From an uncultured SAR86 cluster bacterium (GTDB lineage Bacteria; Pseudomonadota; Gammaproteobacteria; Magnimaribacterales; TMED112), in NCBI GenBank assembly GCA_902535365.1, contig CACATF010000001.1, forward strand, positions 68,077-132,076: a DNA stretch of 64,000 nucleotides, given 5' to 3'. The translations under genes and the position numbers were made by a program. This document shows positions 28,663 through 34,804 of the stretch, in pieces; within the stretch, counting starts at the first letter, position 1; each line of letters begins with the position of its first letter. The notes under the pieces are model-generated. The model did not search any database. It saw nothing but the letters and a program-made list of their open reading frames with translations, and had not been told where the DNA came from.

Positions 28663-28950
28663 ATGGAAATAAATTGGGTTATTTTAGGCTGGCTAATCGA
28701 TATGCTGCTTAATGGCTTTGTGTGGCTTGTTATCGCAGCAATTTTTCTTACATTAATCGATTTGACTGACACATGGACAAGAAAAGCCCTTAAGCTCATG
28801 GATAAAGCTGATATATGGATAAGAAAATTTGTAGAAAGCTTATTTGAATGGGTTCAAAAGAAGAATCTTAAAATAATCGCTAGCATTATTTTGTTAATTA
28901 TTCTTGGTGTTCTTGCTCAGCTAGAAATAATTCCTAAGCTGATAACTTAA
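28663..28950 (+). CDS. Hypothetical membrane protein (95 aa)
   Basis: ATG-initiated ORF with N- and C-terminal TM spans flanking an amphipathic Lys/Trp segment. Confidence 0.45.
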   Translation: MEINWVILGWLIDMLLNGFVWLVIAAIFLTLIDLTDTWTRKALKLMDKADIWIRKFVESLFEWVQKKNLKIIASIILLIILGVLAQLEIIPKLIT

Positions 28951-28969
28951 TATAAAAGGACATAAAAAA

Positions 28970-29437
28970 ATGAACAATAAACTTATAACACTACTTCTTC
29001 TTTTAATAGCGCCCTCCATAATTGCTGATGATCAACAAACAGAAATAGATGCTTTGCTTGATGGTCTTCACCAGGATGCACATGAAGCTAATTTTAAGAC
29101 TTACTTTGCTCGTTACACTTCGGATGCCATTTTTCTTGGCACTGATAAGACAGAGCGCTGGACCATAGAAGAATTTAAAGAGTATGCCAAGCCAGCATTT
29201 GCTGACGGTCATGGCTGGACCTATACAGTTGTAGAGCGCAACTGGGAAGGTGAAGGCAATACGAGGTGGTTTGATGAAATTTTATTCAATGGAAAGTTAG
29301 GCCATTGCAGAGGAACAGGTGTTGTTGAGTTTAAAGATGGTAAATGGAAGATTGCTCACTATGCTCTAACCATGTTGGTTCCTAATGAAATAGCTGCAGA
29401 TGTTGGGTCACAAACCCAAGAGGCCGATAAGCTATAA
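28970..29437 (+). CDS. Secreted NTF2-like (SnoaL/DUF4440-like) protein
   Basis: Signal peptide MNNKLITLLLLLIAPSIIA, 155 aa, and a cone-fold-like pattern (FLGTDKTERW...GHCRGTGVVEFKDGKWKIAHY). GGA is present upstream. Confidence 0.6.
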   Translation: MNNKLITLLLLLIAPSIIADDQQTEIDALLDGLHQDAHEANFKTYFARYTSDAIFLGTDKTERWTIEEFKEYAKPAFADGHGWTYTVVERNWEGEGNTRWFDEILFNGKLGHCRGTGVVEFKDGKWKIAHYALTMLVPNEIAADVGSQTQEADKL

Positions 29438-29452
29438 AAGAACAACCAATAA

Positions 29453-29929
29453 ATGTTACGCATCATTTCAAAAATTTACTCTTTATTAATATTTGCACAA
29501 ATAGTAAGCTTCGAGCTGCTTGACGCAATACACAGCAACCCCCTTCGCCGTTATGGTTTAATTTTGATGACGACTCCAGTTATTTATCACTTGATTCAAG
29601 AGCTTTTTTTTAAGAACAAATCAGCTGAAAACAATAACCTAAAAATATACTCATTTGCATACATCTGTTTATATGTACTTTGGTGTCTGTTCGACATTAT
29701 TTACTACACATTTACTATGGGAAGCATATCTGGCTACATGGCTATTATGCTTTATGCGACTGGCATGTTGTTTCTTGCCCCTGTGTTATATAGTTTCACA
29801 AAAAATCTATTCCCTAAAAGCAAAGTTCCGTTATATATTCTTATTGCTTATGTAGTTTTAATCTTCGTAGCGTTCGTTCTTCCGGGCGAGCTTAATGAAA
29901 GAGGATTTTATGACACCATTTCTGACTAA
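29453..29929 (+). CDS. Hypothetical polytopic membrane protein (158 aa)
   Basis: 4-5 hydrophobic spans. No family recognised. Confidence 0.5.
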   Translation: MLRIISKIYSLLIFAQIVSFELLDAIHSNPLRRYGLILMTTPVIYHLIQELFFKNKSAENNNLKIYSFAYICLYVLWCLFDIIYYTFTMGSISGYMAIMLYATGMLFLAPVLYSFTKNLFPKSKVPLYILIAYVVLIFVAFVLPGELNERGFYDTISD

Positions 29930-30158
29930 AGTAAGACAATTCACGGGATGGGCACTGATTATCGTCTCAACAGTACTGATGTTTGTGAGTATATTTGTTG
30001 CCACTACTGGTGAACTATTAAAAGGCGGAGGCATCTATGTGGCTAGCCAATTGACCTGGTATCCTGGTCTTGCATTATTGGGCCCAGAAATTATCCAAAA
30101 AAGCAAAGATCTATGGAATAATTTTGTTGATAAAATAAGGGGCCGCAAGAAAAAATGA
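29910..30158 (+). CDS. Hypothetical small membrane protein (82 aa)
   Basis: The ATG at 29910 is preceded by AGAGGA. Two TM spans and a basic tail GRKKK. The track start at 29895 is less likely. Confidence 0.45.
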   Translation: MTPFLTKVRQFTGWALIIVSTVLMFVSIFVATTGELLKGGGIYVASQLTWYPGLALLGPEIIQKSKDLWNNFVDKIRGRKKK

Positions 30159-30352
30159 TTTGCATCAAAACAGAAATACCAAAGGAAATATGTGACATAG
30201 ATGATGAGCTAAAAGCAATATATCACTCTCATGACACAGTATGCATCTGGGTCTTTGGCTCCCGAGAAGACAGAAATAATTTTCTTGATGAAACAGCAGG
30301 GATGAAAAAAGAAGAAAGAGAAGCACACTATTCAGAAAACTATGATCAGTAA
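30155..30352 (+). CDS. Hypothetical acidic cytoplasmic protein (65 aa)
   Basis: ATGA overlap with the previous ORF. No recognisable family. Confidence 0.4.
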   Translation: MICIKTEIPKEICDIDDELKAIYHSHDTVCIWVFGSREDRNNFLDETAGMKKEEREAHYSENYDQ

Positions 30353-31478
30353 GATTAAAAACCTCCTTTTTTTAGTATTGCTTGCCTCTTGTGGTAGTGA
30401 TTCGTCCCCCGTAAAGAACACAGCCCCTGAATTAATTGCCTTGCTTGATTATGCAATAGATGAGAACACAACAGAAGTAACTACCTTTCAAGCATACGAC
30501 GCTGACGGAGATATCATCACCTATTCAATAAGTGGCACTGATGCTGATTTATTGTCAATTGGAAGCTCATCTGGGATTCTTTCATTTATTGATCCTCCTG
30601 ATTATGAAAATCCACAGGACAATGACCTTGATAATATTTATGTTCTTACTGTAACTGCTTCAGATGGTGAGTTTGCAGTATCTCTAGGAATAATCGTCAC
30701 TATAAATGATGTGGTTGAAGGATCGGGCGGACTAAATATGCTGCTTATGGGCAATAGTTTCTTTAAGCCTTATGCAGAGAGATTTCGCGAACTAGCACTA
30801 GATGCAGAATTTTTAGAACATAAAGACACCACAGTTTTTAGAGGGGGTGATAATGGCACTCCAATTGGGTTATGGAATAATGCAGATACACAAACTGAAA
30901 TCAAACAAATTCTTGATTCTGGTGACATCCAAATGCTTGGGATGACTTGGTACTATAATGAAAATAACCCCTTATCTGGATTTACAGAATGGATAGATTA
31001 CGCTTTGCAAAACAACCCTAATATAAAAATTTTTGTATCCATACCACCCATAGATTTTCCAGTAGATTGGCAGCAAAGAGCAGAAAGTTTTGGTTATAAC
31101 AATGTAAGAGAACTATATGAGTTTGTGGTTAGTGACCTCACGCACAAGGCGGTGATTGATCAATTGCGTGAAAGATATCCGTCAACAGAAATATTCACAC
31201 TCCCAACCGGGTGGGCAACATTTGATTTGGTTAATCAATATGAAAATGATTTGCTGTTGGATGAGGTTTCTTTGTTTGGTTCTTACGATGATTCAATATT
31301 TACTGATACTAAAGGACATCAAGGCAAAATTGTTATCACCACAGGAGCCCTTATATGGTTGAGTGGGTTGTATAGTGTCAACTTAAGAACTAATGAATTT
31401 GATACAGGTTTTAACACTGATCTTCATTCAATTGCTGAGGAAATAATGGATCTACAAGACCCAAATTACAAGCAATAA
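30342..31478 (+). CDS. Lipoprotein with cadherin-like repeat and SGNH/DUF4886-like hydrolase domain
   Basis: Lipobox LLASC. The cadherin-like segment is ITYSISGTDADLLSIGSSSGILSF...YVLTVTASDG...VTINDV. The C-terminal domain has MGNSFF and a TDTKGHQG block resembling GDSL/SGNH blocks I and V. Confidence 0.7.
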   Translation: MISKIKNLLFLVLLASCGSDSSPVKNTAPELIALLDYAIDENTTEVTTFQAYDADGDIITYSISGTDADLLSIGSSSGILSFIDPPDYENPQDNDLDNIYVLTVTASDGEFAVSLGIIVTINDVVEGSGGLNMLLMGNSFFKPYAERFRELALDAEFLEHKDTTVFRGGDNGTPIGLWNNADTQTEIKQILDSGDIQMLGMTWYYNENNPLSGFTEWIDYALQNNPNIKIFVSIPPIDFPVDWQQRAESFGYNNVRELYEFVVSDLTHKAVIDQLRERYPSTEIFTLPTGWATFDLVNQYENDLLLDEVSLFGSYDDSIFTDTKGHQGKIVITTGALIWLSGLYSVNLRTNEFDTGFNTDLHSIAEEIMDLQDPNYKQ

Positions 31479-31483
31479 GAAAC

Positions 31484-31511
31484 TTACAAGATATTAAATT
31501 TGGTATATAGT
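31484..31511 (+). promoter_or_regulatory. Putative sigma70 promoter (TTACAA-16 nt-TATAGT) for the Cys-rich micro-ORF
   Basis: The -10 ends 6 nt before the ATG at 31518 and there is no Shine-Dalgarno, implying a leaderless or near-leaderless transcript. A TG at 31501..31502 could alternatively form an extended -10 with TATATA. Confidence 0.3.
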
Positions 31512-31517
31512 AAAAAC

Positions 31518-31565
31518 ATGTGTAAGTGTTGCAAATGCTGCGAGTGCGCTTGTTGCTCAAAGTAA
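31518..31565 (+). CDS. Cysteine-rich micro-ORF, 15 aa: MCKCCKCCECACCSK
   Basis: Manual translation: atg tgt aag tgt tgc aaa tgc tgc gag tgc gct tgt tgc tca aag taa. It has 8 in-phase Cys codons and is locally GC-richer than the flanks (about half G+C by my count). It lies directly upstream of the Met/His-rich barrel gene. Not in the ORF track. Confidence 0.45.
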   Translation: MCKCCKCCECACCSK

Positions 31566-31585
31566 AATTTATTAATTAAACTTCT

Positions 31586-31606
31586 AAATATTGGCGTACA
31601 ATATTT
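31586..31606. promoter_or_regulatory. Perfect 8-bp inverted repeat AAATATTG-N5-CAATATTT
   Basis: Lies between the micro-ORF stop (31565) and the barrel gene ATG (31623). It could be a weak AT-rich hairpin or a protein-binding palindrome, and it overlaps a possible TTAAAC-17-CAATAT promoter. Confidence 0.4.
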
Positions 31607-31622
31607 TAATTATTCTGGGCTT

Positions 31623-32747
31623 ATGAAAAACACAATTTCCTTACTATTTTTTTTAACAACATCAATTTGGGCATGCAGCAATCCGCAGTCTGATGGTCAT
31701 GGCTCAATTAAAAATATGCAACATGATGAGCATATGATGCACGAAGAGCATGACATGGATCATGCTGATCATATGATGATGCATGACCCGTACCCAGTTG
31801 GTGTTATGGGCAGCTTGCACCACGAAGGTTTTATGTTTTCTATCAAGCATGGGCGCATGACTATGGAGGGCAATATATTGGATGGTGACAACATAGCCAC
31901 GGCAGATATTTTGCAAATGCCAAATCCACTAGGGAACATGCCAGCAAACCTCTCAGTAGTTCCTGAATGCATGGACATGAGCATGACTATGGTTGAGGGT
32001 ATGTATGCTTTTTCTAAGGACATTACCTTTATGTTGATGGGTACATTTATGTCGAAAGATATGACGCTTAATACATTTGCACCGATGATGAATAGAGATC
32101 TGCTTGGCCAGTTCAACACATCATCTTCAGACTTATCTGAATTAACATTTAGCACTCTGTTTAGAATTGCACAGCATGGGCCATCACAATGGCACGGTGA
32201 AGTTGCCTATCAAAAATCAGTGGGAGCAAATGACCAAAAAGACACCGTCTTAACACCTATGAATATGATGATGGAAATGGTGTTGCCGTATGGCATGCAA
32301 AGCGGTGATGGTGCCTCTAGATTAATTCTTGGTATAACCAACACAAGAAAAATAAATGAAAAACTTACTTGGGGCAATCAGTTAAAAAGAAATGCTGTAT
32401 TAGATAAAAAAGATTGGTCATATGGAAATCGTACAGAGCTGAACTCTTGGCTTCAATATCCTCTTAACGAGACAGTCAACCTGTCTTCAAGACTTAAGTT
32501 TGTAAGCCAAGGCGCAATTTCTGGCAACAGCCCATTAATTAGCGCTCCCGTCCAAACAGCAAACCCGGCAAACTATGGTGGAGAAGAGCTGCACTTGGGC
32601 TTTGGGGCAAACTTCAAGCTCAATATTTTTCCAGACGGCAATGATGTGCTGGGCATTGAAATCTTAACGCCACTGATGCAAGACAAAAACAACCTACAAA
32701 TGAAAACAGACTACCAAGTTATTGTTGGGTACCAAAAAAGTTTTTAG
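31623..32747 (+). CDS. Met/His-rich putative outer-membrane beta-barrel protein
   Basis: Signal peptide with a possible lipobox (IWAC). N-terminal tract HGSIKNMQHDEHMMHEEHDMDHADHMMMHD. About 33 Met in 374 aa by my count. Amphipathic strand patterns and a C-terminal VGYQKSF (terminal Phe) are typical of OMP beta-signals. Confidence 0.7.
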   Translation: MKNTISLLFFLTTSIWACSNPQSDGHGSIKNMQHDEHMMHEEHDMDHADHMMMHDPYPVGVMGSLHHEGFMFSIKHGRMTMEGNILDGDNIATADILQMPNPLGNMPANLSVVPECMDMSMTMVEGMYAFSKDITFMLMGTFMSKDMTLNTFAPMMNRDLLGQFNTSSSDLSELTFSTLFRIAQHGPSQWHGEVAYQKSVGANDQKDTVLTPMNMMMEMVLPYGMQSGDGASRLILGITNTRKINEKLTWGNQLKRNAVLDKKDWSYGNRTELNSWLQYPLNETVNLSSRLKFVSQGAISGNSPLISAPVQTANPANYGGEELHLGFGANFKLNIFPDGNDVLGIEILTPLMQDKNNLQMKTDYQVIVGYQKSF

Positions 32748-32755
32748 AGTCTCGA

Positions 32756-33115
32756 TTGAAAAAAATTAACCTTAAATCTAAATTTTCCAAGTTTAACGAC
32801 CTCTGGTCACCAAAAGTTATTGCTGAGATGAATGATTATCAATTCAAGCTCGTAAAAATCAAAAATGATTTTACATGGCATGCACATGAAGACACAGATG
32901 AAGTATTTATTGTCATTGAGGGGAGCATGCAGATAGAGTTTGAAGATGAAACCATTGAGCTTAATGAGGGTGAAATGTATGTGGTGCCCGCAGGCAAGCT
33001 TCATAAACCTCTCGCTCCCAAAGAAGCTAAAATCATGCTAGTTGAGCCAAAAGGAGTTGTTAATACTGGCAATAAAGTTAATGAGCTAACAGCTGAAAAC
33101 GATCAGTGGATCTGA
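32756..33115 (+). CDS. Small cupin-domain protein
   Basis: 119 aa with cupin motifs WHAHEDTDEVFIVIEG and GEMYVVPAGKLHKP. TTG start 8 nt after the barrel gene stop. Confidence 0.75.
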   Translation: MKKINLKSKFSKFNDLWSPKVIAEMNDYQFKLVKIKNDFTWHAHEDTDEVFIVIEGSMQIEFEDETIELNEGEMYVVPAGKLHKPLAPKEAKIMLVEPKGVVNTGNKVNELTAENDQWI

Positions 33116-33121
33116 TGCTTG

Positions 33122-33337
33122 TTACTCAGGCAAAACAAACAAGTCCTCAACAGAACATTTAAGAGTCTTGGCTATCTTTAATGCCAAGACTGTTGATGGC
33201 ACATAAACACCATTTTCTATTGAGTTGATGCTCACTCTAGAAACCCCTGCCTTTTCAGAGAGTGCCTGCTGGGTTAAACCAGCAGACATACGAATAGTTT
33301 CTAAATTATTAAGAAGCTTTCTGTGATCTTTGCCCAA
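33122..33337 (-). CDS. XRE-family helix-turn-helix transcriptional regulator (71 aa)
   Basis: The HTH_3 pattern LTQQALSEKAGVSRVSINSIENGVYVPSTVLALKIAKTLKCSVEDLF resembles short Cro/CI-type regulators that follow small membrane proteins. Confidence 0.8.
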   Translation of the reverse strand: MGKDHRKLLNNLETIRMSAGLTQQALSEKAGVSRVSINSIENGVYVPSTVLALKIAKTLKCSVEDLFVLPE

Positions 33338-33348
33338 AGTTCGCCTTC

Positions 33349-33765
33349 TTACCTCTTTTCAAAATCTTCAACTGCCTTGTTAATCTCATCACTTTCTCTC
33401 GGATAAAGATAACCAGCAATAAGAAGCCCTATACCTATAGTGAAAACGAGGGCTCCAACACCTTTTAAGATATCACCAAAAAAAAAGATACCAAAGAGAA
33501 ACAAACCTATTCCTGTAAATGCTGTAGTTACACCATCTTTTCTGTAATCTCGAGGGCTTTTTTTATCCTCTTTAAAACTAGCCAATAAATCTTCAACAAC
33601 AGCAGGATCTTCAATGTTTTTACTCACTTCAATCATGGCATTGTATTTTTCCTTCCTTTCTTTTGCTTGGAAAGAAAAGACTATAAAAATAATAGCAACT
33701 GGTAGAAGCGCACCAATGTACGCAACACCAACGCCCAAAACTGCAACAAGATTATCTTCATTCAT
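33349..33765 (-). CDS. Membrane protein partner of the XRE regulator (138 aa)
   Basis: One N-terminal TM, a charged middle segment and two C-terminal Gly/Phe-rich TMs. AAGGAG lies 6 nt upstream of the ATG. Its stop is 11 nt before the HTH gene. Confidence 0.6.
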   Translation of the reverse strand: MNEDNLVAVLGVGVAYIGALLPVAIIFIVFSFQAKERKEKYNAMIEVSKNIEDPAVVEDLLASFKEDKKSPRDYRKDGVTTAFTGIGLFLFGIFFFGDILKGVGALVFTIGIGLLIAGYLYPRESDEINKAVEDFEKR

Positions 33766-33784
33766 TTTGCACTCCTTATGAATG

Positions 33785-33802
33785 TGTAAAGTATACCTTA
33801 CA
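33785..33802. promoter_or_regulatory. 18-bp palindromic operator, copy 1 (TGTAAAGTATACCTTACA)
   Basis: Half-sites TGTAAAGTA and TGTAAGGTA around a central GTATAC. On the minus strand it contains TATACT, a likely -10 for the membrane-protein/XRE operon. Confidence 0.6.
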
Positions 33803-33811
33803 TTTAATGAA

Positions 33812-33829
33812 TGTAAAGTATACCTTACA
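33812..33829. promoter_or_regulatory. 18-bp palindromic operator, copy 2 (TGTAAAGTATACCTTACA)
   Basis: Identical to copy 1 and 27 bp away. Its minus-strand TTTACA lies 16 nt upstream of the TATACT in copy 1, which is -35/-10 geometry. Confidence 0.6.
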
Positions 33830-33837
33830 TTAATAAA

Positions 33838-33866
33838 TTGGCACGCAAGCTATTTCGCAATAAAAT
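33838..33866 (+). promoter_or_regulatory. Putative sigma70 promoter for the dioxygenase gene (TTGGCA-17 nt-TAAAAT)
   Basis: By eye. It starts 8 nt downstream of operator copy 2 and lies about 40 nt upstream of the ATG at 33905. Confidence 0.35.
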
Positions 33867-33904
33867 TAAACTGTGGGTATGTGCAAAATTTTATTTGGGG
33901 CAAT

Positions 33905-34591
33905 ATGATTGAACAGTTTTTTGATCAATCCAGTTCGTCCTTTACTTATTTGGTCTCTTCCAGCAAGCATAATGCTTTCATCATTGATCCTGTTAAAGAA
34001 AATAACGAGATCTACATTGAGTATCTTGACCAACACCAACTCAATCTCAACTTCATTCTAGAAACCCACACTCACGCTGATCATGTCACCGGTTCAGGTG
34101 CGCTGATTGACATGTTTGGCTGCAAAACTTTTTGTGGCATGGTCTCTGATAACACCAACATTGAAACACTTCATGATGGCCAAGAAATCTTGTTAGATGA
34201 TTTAAGCATTCAGGCCATATACACACCTGGTCACACCGATGATTCTTATTCATACCTGCTCAAGTCTTCTGAAAACACTTATTTGTTTTCTGGTGACACC
34301 CTGCTAATTAATGGCTGCGGTAGAACAGACTTTCAGAATGGTGATCCTGAACAGCTCTACGATTCAATCACGCAGAAACTATTTTCATTAGACGCTGATA
34401 CCATTGTTTTCCCTGGGCATGACTACAATAATGCAACAAGCACAACTATTGCAGACCAAAAAGAGACCAACCCAAGACTAGTCAACAAATCCAAAGATCA
34501 ATTTATTGAAATAATGAATAATCTAAACTTGCCCACACCAAAACTTATGGATGTAGCGGTGCCATTAAACCTAAAACTGGGAAAAGAGTAG
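33905..34591 (+). CDS. ETHE1-like persulfide dioxygenase (MBL fold)
   Basis: Key motifs are FFDQSSSSFTYLV, HTHADHVTG, YTPGHTDDS, LLINGCGRTDFQNGDPEQLY, FPGHDY and ETNPRL, which match sulfur dioxygenase-type metallo-beta-lactamases. The track ORF (33782) is extended artificially through the operator repeats. Confidence 0.85.
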   Translation: MIEQFFDQSSSSFTYLVSSSKHNAFIIDPVKENNEIYIEYLDQHQLNLNFILETHTHADHVTGSGALIDMFGCKTFCGMVSDNTNIETLHDGQEILLDDLSIQAIYTPGHTDDSYSYLLKSSENTYLFSGDTLLINGCGRTDFQNGDPEQLYDSITQKLFSLDADTIVFPGHDYNNATSTTIADQKETNPRLVNKSKDQFIEIMNNLNLPTPKLMDVAVPLNLKLGKE

Positions 34592-34797
34592 TGTCAAAAT
34601 TTAATTTTTTCTTAGTTTGGGTCTTTGGCTTCTTCGCGCTGCTATCATTTGATCTTTTTGTTGAGGCTTTTGTGTTTGAGTGGCTTGCATGGAATGGCAC
34701 TGACAAAAATGATTGGTTCTTTGTTTTGTGGTGGGGTTGTGTTGTTGTTTGGTTCATTTATGGAATCAAACGGATATTTTTTAAAAATAGTTTATGA
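34591..34797 (+). CDS. Hypothetical Trp/Phe-rich small membrane protein (68 aa)
   Basis: The GTG start overlaps the dioxygenase stop by 1 nt. Two TM spans. Confidence 0.4.
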   Translation: MSKFNFFLVWVFGFFALLSFDLFVEAFVFEWLAWNGTDKNDWFFVLWWGCVVVWFIYGIKRIFFKNSL

Positions 34798-34804
34798 TTT
34801 AAAT

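Noticed and set aside
31476-31565. The Cys-rich micro-ORF is in the same frame as the upstream lipoprotein gene, separated only by its TAA stop. Read-through would append ETYKILNLVYSKNMCKCCKCCECACCSK.
   Set aside because: A shared frame has a one-in-three chance. TAA is an efficient stop, and no read-through or recoding signal is evident. The independent ATG with its own promoter-like sequence is the simpler reading. I record it because it is testable.
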